Position numbers and translations under genes: made by a program. 64,000 bases of DNA, taken from contig CAVSLV010000004.1 in the NCBI GenBank assembly GCA_963728915.1, positions 416,001 to 480,000 of the forward strand, given 5' to 3'. The stretch is from an uncultured Gemmatimonadales bacterium (GTDB lineage: Bacteria > Gemmatimonadota > Gemmatimonadetes > Gemmatimonadales > GWC2-71-9). The notes below the pieces were generated by a model. The model was not told the origin of the DNA and made no database searches. It saw only the letters and a program-made list of their open reading frames with translations. Shown here piece by piece: positions 49,671 to 60,023 of the stretch (position 1 is its first letter; each line of letters starts with the position of its first letter).

Positions 49671-50792
49671 TCATGATTCGACGACGGCGGCGTCGGTCAG
49701 TGCGAGGATGACGCGCTCCAATCTGGGCTGAACGAGTCGAAGGTCGAAGCGCTCTGCCGTGCGCCGAAACGTGGCATTATTCCGGCCATCAGCCAGCGTT
49801 TCCAGTGCCATTGAAAGCGCACGTTCCATGGCCCCTTCGTCGCCGACGGGAAAGAGATATTGAGCCAGGTCGGGCTCAAACACCTCGGTGAGCCCCCCCA
49901 CGGCCGACGCAACCACCGCTACGCCACAGGCGAGACCCTCGACCGCAACACGCCCGAACGATTCGACCTGACTCGGCATGACGATGACGTCAACCGCAGC
50001 CATCAGAGTCGCTGCGTCCTCTTGGTGCCCCAGGAAGATCACCCCGTCAGCTGCACACTGGTGTAGTTCTCTCTCGTACCGTTGCTCCTCCTTGTTGGCA
50101 GCTCCCCCCACTACAACGAGCGTTAGTTGAGATGTGGCGGGCATTCGGCGGTGAAGGTGCAGGAGCTCCAGCACCCCCTTTTCTGGGGAGAGCCGACCGA
50201 AATAGCCGATCAGAGGTTTAGCAGAATCGGCGCCAATGCTGCGCCTGACGCTCTTCTTGGCATCGACATCCAACGGTTTGAACCGCGTCAGATCCACTCC
50301 GTTCGGCACTACCACGCAACGAGATTCGATGTCCGGAAGCAAGCGCCGGTGCTCAACCATGGCGGAGCGCGAAACAGACACGAAATGACTCGGGCGTCGC
50401 ATTCGCCGACGGTTTCTGCGCGAGTCCCGAGGCAGGGGTGTGCGAATGTGATAGAGGAGCGGCACTCCGCACCAGCGCGCCGCGAGGCTCGCAATCGGAA
50501 GTTGATCAAACGAATAGCAATAGATCACGTCAGGGTCGAAACGTCTGACGAACTTCAGGGCGGCCCGAACCCGTCGGACGCTCAACACCGGCTGGCGGCG
50601 AGGAAGTTGAACGGAGCCGAGCTCCAGTCGACCGTGAACGACACGGTCCCACTCCAGCGACAGGCTGCCGCCCTTCCCATGCAGCAGCGCGAGAGAATGC
50701 CCCCGCGCGCTGAGGTACTGGGCGGCATACAGATTTGACCGCTGGGCGCCACCACTGCCCCCAAGATCGCCATCCAGAAACGCCACCCTCAT
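49671..50792 (-). CDS. GT4 glycosyltransferase
   Basis: GGAQRS, GRLSPEKG, ESFGRVAVEGLA. Confidence 0.85.
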   Translation of the reverse strand: MRVAFLDGDLGGSGGAQRSNLYAAQYLSARGHSLALLHGKGGSLSLEWDRVVHGRLELGSVQLPRRQPVLSVRRVRAALKFVRRFDPDVIYCYSFDQLPIASLAARWCGVPLLYHIRTPLPRDSRRNRRRMRRPSHFVSVSRSAMVEHRRLLPDIESRCVVVPNGVDLTRFKPLDVDAKKSVRRSIGADSAKPLIGYFGRLSPEKGVLELLHLHRRMPATSQLTLVVVGGAANKEEQRYERELHQCAADGVIFLGHQEDAATLMAAVDVIVMPSQVESFGRVAVEGLACGVAVVASAVGGLTEVFEPDLAQYLFPVGDEGAMERALSMALETLADGRNNATFRRTAERFDLRLVQPRLERVILALTDAAVVES

Positions 50793-50877
50793 GGGATCGC
50801 TCGTTCATGGACGAAGGGCGTCCACACGAGGGCACGTCCGGTGGCAATGGAGGCTACCGTGGCGCTCTTGTGGTCCA

Positions 50878-51861
50878 TCAGGTCCCGCCCTTTCGATCCC
50901 GCCTTGGTGATCGCCGGGCTTCGAGCCGTCCAACGAATGTGCCGGCAGTCTGTGCCCAGGCCATTCTCGTGTCCGACCTGATCAGCCGATGGGAGTGAAC
51001 CACAAGAGCAACCGCAGTCTTTGCCAAGCCACGAAGGGAGGAGTCAGGACTCCTCACACCGTGTCGGGAGGCGATCTCCCGCCACGAGCGGGCCAATAGA
51101 CGTCTCCGGGTAAACATCTGTCGCGGCGAGCGGGGAAGACGAACACTGACTTCTGCCTCTGGAACGGCGATGACGGCGTATCCCGCGCGATGGAGGCGGA
51201 GACTGAATTCGGTGTCCACCGAGCCGGCGAATGTCTCGTCAAAACCGCCGATCTCCTGATAGGCGCCTTTCCGGATTCCGAATGCGCCTCCAGAGATCGA
51301 CACCACTCCGAAGGCCTTATCAAGAAGTCGCGTTTTGCGCTGGAACCTCCGGGACAGATGCGGGTTCAACGACCAGTACTCGCGCACAACGAGCACGACT
51401 GGAGCAGACAGCAACCCCACCTGGACGGCCTGCAACCATCCTGGCGCGACCAGATCATCTGCGTCGCAGAAGGCGATCAGGTCAGAACGGGCCCGTTTCG
51501 CACCGAGGTTCTTTGCTGCGCCCCCACCTCGAGGGGCTGCAGAGCCATCGATCAGTTGCACCCGTTCATCCTTCTTCGCGTAGTTTGTGACGAGTTCGAG
51601 TGTTCCGTCGGAACTGCCATTGTCGACGACCACTACTTCGAAACTGGCAACACCCTTCTGGCCAAGCACGGCTTCGAGCTGGTCGGCGACAGTCTTGGCA
51701 GCGTTGAGAACAGGGATCACGACACTGATTTCGGGCAAGGACGATACCTCATCACATAGAGCTGAAGCGACGAGCCGAGCAGCAACACCGCCGGTAGCGC
51801 TGTCAACAAATTCCGTTGCTCCTAACGGACGCCCATGGTCTCCGGCTTCCCGGCTTCTCAT
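50878..51861 (-). CDS. GT2 glycosyltransferase (start uncertain)
   Basis: ISVVIPVLN, VVVDNGSSD, FCDADD, GGFDE. Confidence 0.85.
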   Translation of the reverse strand: MRSREAGDHGRPLGATEFVDSATGGVAARLVASALCDEVSSLPEISVVIPVLNAAKTVADQLEAVLGQKGVASFEVVVVDNGSSDGTLELVTNYAKKDERVQLIDGSAAPRGGGAAKNLGAKRARSDLIAFCDADDLVAPGWLQAVQVGLLSAPVVLVVREYWSLNPHLSRRFQRKTRLLDKAFGVVSISGGAFGIRKGAYQEIGGFDETFAGSVDTEFSLRLHRAGYAVIAVPEAEVSVRLPRSPRQMFTRRRLLARSWREIASRHGVRSPDSSLRGLAKTAVALVVHSHRLIRSDTRMAWAQTAGTFVGRLEARRSPRRDRKGGT

Positions 51862-52491
51862 CTGCTGTCCTGAGCCTGAGTTGACCCTTCGACCCTTGCG
51901 GCATGGACTACACCTGTGATGGTGATAGGGGCAGGCGTGGAGACCACTTGGGAATACAGGTCACTGAGTCTTCCCACCAGCGCACTCCCCTCGTAGGATA
52001 GGTGACCATTGTCCCAGTAGAGGAGAGTTCCACCGATGGATGCCTTGCATTCTTCGTGGGGACAGAGCGTGTCGGACAGCCATACAACCGGGTAAGAGTC
52101 TTCCAAGGATCTGAGCGCAGCAATCACATACCCGGTTCCCCGCCAGAATAGGAAGTTCGAGGAAAAGACGCTGACCCCGAACAAGTTCTTGGAGAAGAGA
52201 GCCATATCGGCTGGCAGAAGAACGAACCAGGCGCAGATGAACGAAACGGCCATGACCACGAACAACGCAGGCAGGATACGTCGCGCGCGGCGCTCGTAAA
52301 ACTCCACGAGACTGAACCGTCCCGACTCCTTCTCTTTCCGGATGATCGATGTGATCAGAGAGCCGCTGATCACGAAGAACACGTCCACGCCTACAAAACC
52401 ACCCTGAAAACGCCTTGAAGCCCGCGTGGTACAGAATCACCTGGATCAGGGCGACGGCACGAAGACCATCAGTTCCTGGGCAGTATCGCAT
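51858..52491 (-). pseudogene. OafA/YrhL acyltransferase pseudogene (frameshift plus large internal deletion)
   Basis: DGLRAVA...HAG / GVDVFFVISG...FYERRARRILPAL...SNFLFW joined directly to SGNH tail LCP..EC...LYWDNGHLS. Confidence 0.8.
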
Positions 52492-52515
52492 GGTTCGATG
52501 GATTCTTCGGTAGAC

Positions 52516-53526
52516 CTAAGCCGCAGACTCACGCCCGGCCATCTGAAGTGACCTCACCGGTTGCCGCGGCCGCCAATGCGACGCCGACACCGTCATCCGC
52601 AGCCCCCGCCGGAACTCCACCCTCGGCCTGAAACTGACCGCGGCCACGAGCCCGCTCACATCCGCCAGCGAATCCCGCACGTCCCCCGGCCGCGCTGGCC
52701 CATAGACCGCTTCCACGCTCGTCCCCGTGATTGAGCAGATCTCCTGCCAAAGCTGATTCACCGATACCCGCTCCCCGCACCCCACGTTGAACACCCGCCC
52801 GCTCACCGCCTCCGCCGGCGACTCGGCCGCCAGCAGGTTCGCCTGGACCACGTTGTCTATATAGGTGAAGTCCCGGGTCTGCTCCCCATCCCCGTGAATC
52901 ACCGGCGCAGTGCCCGCCAGCGCAGCCGTGATGAACTTGGGGATCACCGCCGCATAGTGGGACTCCGGATCCTGCCCCGGCCCGAATACGTTGAAATACC
53001 GGAGCACCACCGTCTCGAGCCCGTACACCAGCGCGAACACCCGCACGTAGTGCTCCCCGCAGAGCTTGGCCACCGCATAGGGAGACCGCGGATTGGTCGC
53101 CATGCTCTCCCGCTTGGGCAGCTCCGGCGTGTCCCCATACGCCGAGCTGGACCCCGCGTACACCAGCCGCTTCACTCCCGCGTCCCGTGCGGCGACCAGG
53201 AGATTCAGCGTCCCGGTCGCGCAGGCCGCGTGGGTCGATACCGGGTCCTCCACGCTCCGCGACACCGACGGAATCGCCGCCTCGTGCAGGATATGGGTAA
53301 CCCCCTGGCACGCCTCGGCGCAGGTCGCGGGATCGATGATGGTGCCGTGGATGAACTCGATCTGCCCGGCGAACTGAACGATCCGCTCCCGCTTGCCCGT
53401 GGAGAAATCGTCGATGGCCCGGACCCGTTCGCCCTTTTCCACCAGGGCGCGGATCAGGTGCGAGCCGATGAACCCGGCCCCGCCGGTCACCAGCCAGGAG
53501 CGCGGCGCCTTCCCGTTGGTGCTCAG
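52516..53526 (-). CDS. NAD-dependent epimerase/dehydratase (WbpP-like UDP-sugar 4-epimerase)
   Basis: VTGGAGFIGSH, AGSSSAYG, YAVAK, RYFNVFGPGQD, GDGEQTRDFTY; no ATG, start inferred. Confidence 0.85.
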   Translation of the reverse strand: MSTNGKAPRSWLVTGGAGFIGSHLIRALVEKGERVRAIDDFSTGKRERIVQFAGQIEFIHGTIIDPATCAEACQGVTHILHEAAIPSVSRSVEDPVSTHAACATGTLNLLVAARDAGVKRLVYAGSSSAYGDTPELPKRESMATNPRSPYAVAKLCGEHYVRVFALVYGLETVVLRYFNVFGPGQDPESHYAAVIPKFITAALAGTAPVIHGDGEQTRDFTYIDNVVQANLLAAESPAEAVSGRVFNVGCGERVSVNQLWQEICSITGTSVEAVYGPARPGDVRDSLADVSGLVAAVSFRPRVEFRRGLRMTVSASHWRPRQPVRSLQMAGRESAA

Positions 53527-54750
53527 AAGGACCCGAACCCCCAGCCGATGCTGGTCACGAGCCGGGCCCCGTCTCCCGCTCTTCCGGTGATATCCGCCGC
53601 GCCGATACCCAGCACCAGGCCGAGCTTCCGGAACGGCGCCAGCGAGGCGGACATCGTGAGGTCCTGACCGGTCCAGTTCGCGATCAGGGAGAGTGGCCGA
53701 ACCACCTGGACCGCCGCACTCCCGAAGACGCTGAGCCCGTTCTGCCCGAGCCCAACGGCCTGCTCCGACTGGAATCGCCCGTTCCCGACTCCGAGCGTGG
53801 TCAGGAGCCCCTGGTTCCTTCCCAGGCTCACGTAGTGGCTCGCGACCGCGTAGACGCTCCTGCCGCCATCGCTGGGCCCCCATGAGAGGGCGCTTTCCCA
53901 GCCGGCCGCCACCGCGAGCCCCTTTCCGAGCTGGCGGTGAAGCTTGATGTCCACCGCTCCGCGTCTGAAGGGAGCTTCACGGACCGTGCTGAACGAATAG
54001 ACGTTGACCTCGATCCCGATGTTCCGCCGCGGATTGCCCAGGCCGAATCCGCCCGAGGCCTCTCCGTCATTGGCGTCCACGTAGCGGGCCCGGGCCGCAT
54101 AGCTCAACCCGCCCCAGAGATCGCCCCAGCCGGCGCCGAACGCGGTCGGGGTATTCGCGCCCATCGAGGGGGCCGAACGGTCGCCCCAGCTCAGGTGGTC
54201 GTTATGGCAATCCTTGTCGTCGTGGTGATCGTCGCCGTTGCCGTGGTCGTCGTTGCCGCCATTCCCACCGTGGTCGTCGCCCTTGTCGCCGCCGTTTCCA
54301 CCCTTATCGTCGTTCTTGTGGTCGTCCTGCTTGGCCGGTTCCTGCTTGCCCTTGTCGTCCTTCTTATCGTCTTTCTTGTTGTCGTCCGGCTTGCCCTTGT
54401 CCGACTTGCCCTTCCCCCCCTTCCCCTCGTCCCCCCCCCTTCCCCCCGTCGTGATCGTCGGGCCGGCAGGAATTCGGGGGAGGGGGCGGGGGATGGTCAT
54501 GGCCCGGCGGCAGGTGGGACCGGTCGTGATTCTTGTCTTTGCCGTGGTCGTCGTTCCCGTGATCGTTCCCGTTCCCGTTCCCGTTTCCGTTCCCATTTCC
54601 GTTGGAGCCGGAGCCGCCTCCCTGGGAGCGTCCGGGGCTTTGGGCCAAGGCCGCCATCTGGAATGGGGGTACCACCAGCGTCAGTGCCAGGAGTCCAGAG
54701 AGGATTCGGGTCCGCACTCCAGTTCGTCCCATGGCAAGCATCCCGGTCAA
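53523..54750 (-). CDS. secreted protein: low-complexity G/N/D/H/K linker + C-terminal beta-barrel; frameshift in G9 tract
   Basis: Signal peptide in ORF 54364-54750 joins ORF 53523-54596 at the C9 run 54431-54439; ends WGFGSF. Confidence 0.65.
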
Positions 54751-55001
54751 GAGGATTCCCGAGAAACGGAGGGGATTTTATCGAGGGAGCGTTACGAGAG
54801 CGTCACAACCCGCTTGTAGTATGGACACCGCACCTTGCCCCCCCCGTTTCCGGCCCGTAGCTTCTCCAGTGCGACCCGAAGGGAGCCCGGCAACTTCTCG
54901 GTGACGGCTGAGGCAAGGCGTGGTGCTTTCAATCTCAACCACGGCCGTTACAGCAGCGTCACAGATGACCAAGCCGGCTCTGCCAAGCCCGTTTACCCCC
55001 A

Positions 55002-58000
55002 ATGCCCCCCAGGCGGTTCGAGTTGGTCACGCTCGGCCCGGTCGTTCTGGTGGGAGCCGGCGGCGAGCTGGTCCTCGAGCAAATCCAAGCTCCTCGCCAT
55101 CCTGACCTGGATCCTGGCCAGCCCCCGAAAAACCGCCACCCGAACCCAGCTCGCCACCCTGTTCTGGGGTGACAGTCCTCCCGAGCGGGCGGGCCAGGCA
55201 TTGCGCACCGCCCTCTACCGGATCCGGACGCGTCTGGGCGATCCCGGGGCCGAGTTGTCCGCCGGCGAGGTCCATCTCTCCGTCCCGGTGACGATGGATT
55301 CGGACATCTTCCTCGCCGCCCTGGAAGCGGGGGATCTGGTCACCGCTGTCGCGACCTACACCGGCCCCTTCTTCTCCGAATACTCCGATGCCGGTACCGC
55401 CGACTTCGAGCACTGGGTGGACATCGAGCGGGAACGGCTCCAGAGTCTGTATCTCCGCGCCGCCGAAACCCTGGTGCACCGCTATCTCTCCTCGGGACGA
55501 ACCCTCGATGCCTTGAACCTCTCGCACCAGGTGCGCCGGTGTGCGCCCGAGGCGGAGCCGGGATGGCGGTCTCCTGCTCGAGGCTCTGCTCGCCCACGGC
55601 GACGACTTCGAGGCGCGGATCGAAGCCGAAGCATTCGCGAAGTGGCTGGACCAGCAGGATCGCTCGCCCGACCCGGCCTCGCGCCGGCTCCTGGAGATCG
55701 CGCGGGGGCGTCCGAAGGACCAGCCTCCCGAAGCGCGAGCCGAGACGTTCGCGGCCGAGCTGGTGGGACGCGAGCGGGAATTTTCCGCGATCATGGAGGC
55801 GTGGGAGCGATGCCGAACGGGGCCGGGCCAGGCACCTCCACCTGAGCTCGCCGTCGGGGTACGGGAAAACCCGACTGCTCGAGGAAGTCGCTCGGCGAAT
55901 CCGGACCCGAGAGGCCCGCGTGGTCTTCCTGCACGTCACCGCCGGCGAGCGCGACATCGAGTACGCCGTCGCCGCCAATCTCGCCCGCGAGCTGGGAATC
56001 CTGCCCGGGGCTGCGGCGAGTTCCCCCCGATTCCCTGCGGGTGCTCCTCGCTCTCCAGCCGGCGCTCTCGTCGCGGTATGCCGGTGTCGCCGCCGCGCCG
56101 ACGGCTCCCGATCTCGCCCTCCAGCGATCCCAGGCGCTGGGCGAGCTGCTGGTCGCGGTCGCCGAGTGAGCGGCCCCTCGCCCTGCTGGTGGATGACCTG
56201 CACTGGGCCGATCCCGAGTCGCGCCGGGTGTTGCGGTCGCTCGGAAGCCGGATGGAAGGGAATCCGGTGCTCCTGCTGACCACCGCGCGCCCGGGTTATG
56301 GGCGACCTGAGCGGCAACGCCGACGTGTTCCCGCTCCCACCCCTGTCCCTCTCCGAGACCGAGCTGCTCCTCACCTCGGCGGGGACCTTTCCGACCCCGG
56401 ACTGCGCCGCCCGGATGGCGTGTGCGCTGCACCGGGTCACCGGCGGGTCGCCCCTCCTCATCGTCGATGCGCGTTCGTGGCGCGCTCCATCGCGGAGAGC
56501 TCGCGCTGCAGGCGGGCGCCTGGACCAGCCCGAACATCGAAGCCCTGCTCCAGCGGCTCGAAAAGGAAGAACCGCTCGAGGTCCGGCTCGCCGCGCTGGA
56601 TCGGCTGGACCGGCGACTTCTGATGTTCTTTGCGGTCGCGGGAGCACCCTGGACGCCGGAGGACCTCTCGGCGCTCTCGGGAGATCCCCTGTTCGAGGTT
56701 CGCGCCCGCCTCGCGGCGCTGGAGCGCCGCGGGTACGTCGCTTTCTCGGAGCGGGGATGGGATCTCGGCAACGAGGACATCGCCGCCATCCTGCTCGAAT
56801 CGGGCGACCCCGAGGAGATCGGGACCGCGCACCTGGCGATCGGCTGTCAGCTCGCTGCCCGCGCCGAGGACCGGGTCATGGGCGCCCGGGCGGCACGACA
56901 CCTGGCTCTTGGGGGAGCGCGGAAAGACCTCTCAAGGTGGTGCGCCGGTGGGTTCTACGCCGCTCGGCGCTCGGGCGATCGTACCCCGATCGACGAGCTG
57001 GTCCGCGGCATGCTGGGCGGCATGGACGAAGTAGTCCCCCCGGTGGTGGACGCGCTTCCCTGGAACCTTCGCTACCGGCTCAACCCTGCGGTCCTGGCGA
57101 CCGGAATGGTCGCCGCCGCCCTGCTCGGTTCGCTGCTGCTCGCCCGGAGCCTGGGGTTCGCGATCCGGCCGGTCGAGGCGCGACCTGATGGTCCTCACGA
57201 CCGACCCGAGCGGTCACTACACGGACATAACCCGCTACCCGGTGAGTCGCAGCGGCCTGGGCCATCGACGCGCCGCTGGGGCGGGACGATGCCACCGGCA
57301 CCACGACCTGGCGGGGACTGGAGCGGTTGGTCGATGCAGTTCCCAGTCCCGACGGCCGGCGGATCGCCTTCGGCCAGATCACCGGCGATTCCGGGACGGT
57401 GGACCTGTTCCTTCGGGAGGCGAATGGCACGGTGCGCCGGCTCACCCACGCACCCGGGGACGATGTGGACCCGACCTGGTCTCCCGATGGCCGCTACCTG
57501 GCGTTTCGCACCATGCGCTGGAACGCGACGGGGGAGTTCGACCTGGGGATTCTCGATCTCGCCACCGGGGCGATGCGGCAGCTTACCGGTGGCAAGGACA
57601 GCGACCTGCACCCCCGCTGGTCTCCCGATGGAAGCCGGATAGGGTTCGTCCGGCAACGGGATGCCGATGGGGTCCGGCTCCTCTGCTGGGTCACCTTCGA
57701 CGGCAGCCGGTCACGTTGCCTGGACGAAATGCCGGGTTCACCCAATGAGCTGGCCGGCTGGCGTGACCCGGATCACCTGGTAACAACCACGTATTCCGCG
57801 GATCGGAAGGCCGGCCCCCTTCTCTCGGTGGCGGTCTCCACCGGGGCGACTCAGATCATCGCGCCCGGCGCGGACGGGCTGCCATTCCTCAGCTCGGACG
57901 GGGAGTGGATGACATTCGCCGAGAGGGATTCCACCCGGATCTTCCGGATCGACGAGCCCATGCGAAGGCGAAGCCTTGCCATTCCACAGGAGAGCCGGAC

Positions 58001-58838
58001 CTGGTTCGAACCCCGAAGGCGGCTCCCCGGCCCCCCGGCATTACGCCCCACGCCAACCCGCTTGGCTTTCGCCGGGGTTCCCCAGCTTCTCTCGATCGAA
58101 AGGGACTCCACTTCGGGCTATGGCTATCCCGCCGAAGTCCTGACCTGGCGTCCTCAGGATACCGCGATCGCGGTGGTGCTTCCGGATCGCAACGTGGTGC
58201 TGCCGGAGAAGGCGGGCGCCACCGTGATTGAAGTCTCTGCCGGCGGATGGCGGACAGCCTCGGTGCCGCTGACCGTGACCGAACCGTGGAGCCGCGTGGT
58301 CTTCTCGGAGCCTTGGGACGATGCGGCACTCGGCCGCTGGCAAACCGTCGGTACTCCGAAGCCGCTCGTCGTTCTCGACGAGGAGGGGAACTCCGCCTTC
58401 TTCATCAACGGCGATAACACGTTCGAGAGCGGCGTGGTATCGCGGGAGGCCTTTCCGGGAGATTCCGGCCTGGGTTTCGAAGCGAGGATCAGGATCCCGA
58501 TCACCGAAACCAAGTGGCAGTTCATCCATGTCACGCTGGGCACGCTGGGTCGGATCATCGACTACGGCGGCGTCTCGATCGACGGGTGCCCACTGTCCTT
58601 CCCTTTGGGCGAGGGTCGGGCGGTACGCAAGGTCGTCGGGTTGAAGGCGGACTCCCCGGGGGGGGATACCCGGGGCCCGGTCGAGCTGGGAGACGGCAAC
58701 TGGCACACGATCAGGATTCAGATCTTTCCCGACCGGACCTGCGGCTATGCGTTTGACGGAGTGCCTTTTTCCCGAAGCACCAAGCCGACCGTATCCTCTG
58801 TCCGAATCTTCGCCTGGCGATCTCGGGTCAGTCGGTAG
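55002..58838 (+). pseudogene. multiply frameshifted SARP/BTAD regulator - AAA(STAND-like) ATPase - TM - PD40/TolB propeller fusion
   Basis: FELVTLGP; RTQLATLFWGD..ALRTALYR; YTGPF..FEHWVDIER; LVGRERE; SSPSGYGKT; LLVDDLHWAD; TGGSPL; PTWSPDGR/PRWSPDGS, spread over several frames. Confidence 0.7.
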
Positions 58839-58909
58839 GCACCCGGATTCTGGTGGGCCGGGTGGAGATCTGGAAAGGGGTCAGGACGGATGTGGACTGG
58901 AACACGGAG

Positions 58910-58944
58910 GGTCGGAGCGGTCGGTGAGGTCGGGGGGTCGGAGG
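58910..58944. repeat. left arm: 4 x GGTCGGNG(N)
   Basis: GGTCGGAGC GGTCGGTGA GGTCGGGG GGTCGGAGG. Confidence 0.85.
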
Positions 58945-59007
58945 GAAGGGGAGGGAAAATGATCCGGGGCGCATTTCCCGGGTTGGGGAGCGCGGGCCCG
59001 TCCCGGC

Positions 59008-59013
59008 TAGACT
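59008..59013 (+). promoter_or_regulatory. putative -10 box (TAGACT) 6 nt before GTG start; leaderless transcript
   Basis: TAnnnT hexamer directly upstream of the four-helix-bundle start. Confidence 0.4.
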
Positions 59014-59019
59014 GGGGAG

Positions 59020-59397
59020 GTGAAGCCCTACGAGCGGCTCCAGGCCTGGCAGAAATGCCACGAGCTGGTCCTTGCGGTATACCATCATACCAGTTCATGG
59101 CCAACAGAAGAGAAATACGGTCTGGTTGCCCAGGCGCGCCGAGCCGCGTATAGCGCGGCGGCCAACATCGTGGAAGGCTATGTCAAGCTCGGCCCCCGAG
59201 AATTCCGGCGTTTCCTGGATACGTCAGTCGGGTCTCTCTACGAGCTGGCCTACATCTTTCAGCTGGCGAAAGAGCTTGGCTTCGAAAAGGCGGGGGACCT
59301 GGAGCAGCTCGAATCGATCCGGGAATCGGCCGGGAAACTCACCTGGAGACTGTACGAGTCGATAAGAAAACGGGCGGTTGTTCAGGGAGGTCGGTGA
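59020..59397 (+). CDS. four helix bundle protein (23S rRNA IVP / bAvd-like family), paralog 2
   Basis: YERLQAWQKCH, PTEEKYGLVAQARRAAYS...NIVEG...EFRRFLDTSVGSLYEL. Confidence 0.92.
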   Translation: MKPYERLQAWQKCHELVLAVYHHTSSWPTEEKYGLVAQARRAAYSAAANIVEGYVKLGPREFRRFLDTSVGSLYELAYIFQLAKELGFEKAGDLEQLESIRESAGKLTWRLYESIRKRAVVQGGR

Positions 59398-59512
59398 GGT
59401 CAGGGGGTCGCCCGACCTCCCCGACCTCCCCGACCTCTCCGACCCTCCGACCCCCCGACCTCTCCGACCCCCCGACCTCCCCGACCTCCCCGACCTCCCC
59501 GACCCTCCGACC
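59381..59512. repeat. short G-rich arm (contains the stop codon) plus right arm of 12 x CCGACCYC(Y)
   Basis: Units counted from 59412 to 59512. Confidence 0.93.
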
Positions 59513-60012
59513 TACTTCCCCGCTTTCGTCGAATCCGGGAAGACCATGACATAGTTCAGGCGCCACTTCCCGTCGGCCCCCTTGTCCGCACCGACCACGT
59601 AGCGACCCCACTCATGGGTCATGGTCCCGTTCAGATCGTACAGGTCGTGGTAGGTGCCGATCTGGCTGGCCATGGCACTGGTGGTCGGGAAGGTCGCGAG
59701 CGGCATGATGTCCGAAGCGGAAAACTTCCGCGGATCGGCCTTGAGCGAGGCTTCAATCGCCGCCCGACCCTTGGTGCGGGGCATGCCGTAGGCGTCGACG
59801 GTCGCATTCTCGGTGTAGAGCTGCGCCAGTCCCGTCATATCTCCGGCCACCTGCAGCCGGGAATACGAGGTCCGCAGCGAGTCCACGCCCGCCATCACCG
59901 CGGCGGTGTCGAGACTCATGGCGCCGCCCGCCATCGAGCCGGCCATGGAATTGTCCTTCGGAGTGCAGGCTACCACCAGGCCCGCGAGCGCAGCGAACGT
60001 GACGAATCGCAT
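59512..60012 (-). CDS. DUF4440/SnoaL-like (NTF2 fold) lipoprotein
   Basis: LVVA-C lipobox, LYTENA...KGRAAI...GRYVV..K.ADGKWRL. Confidence 0.8.
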   Translation of the reverse strand: MRFVTFAALAGLVVACTPKDNSMAGSMAGGAMSLDTAAVMAGVDSLRTSYSRLQVAGDMTGLAQLYTENATVDAYGMPRTKGRAAIEASLKADPRKFSASDIMPLATFPTTSAMASQIGTYHDLYDLNGTMTHEWGRYVVGADKGADGKWRLNYVMVFPDSTKAGK

Positions 60013-60023
60013 GATCGGTCTCC

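Noticed and set aside
22206..59397. Diversity-generating retroelement suggested by Avd-like proteins
   Set aside because: No reverse transcriptase and no TR/VR pair with adenine-specific mismatches seen in the window
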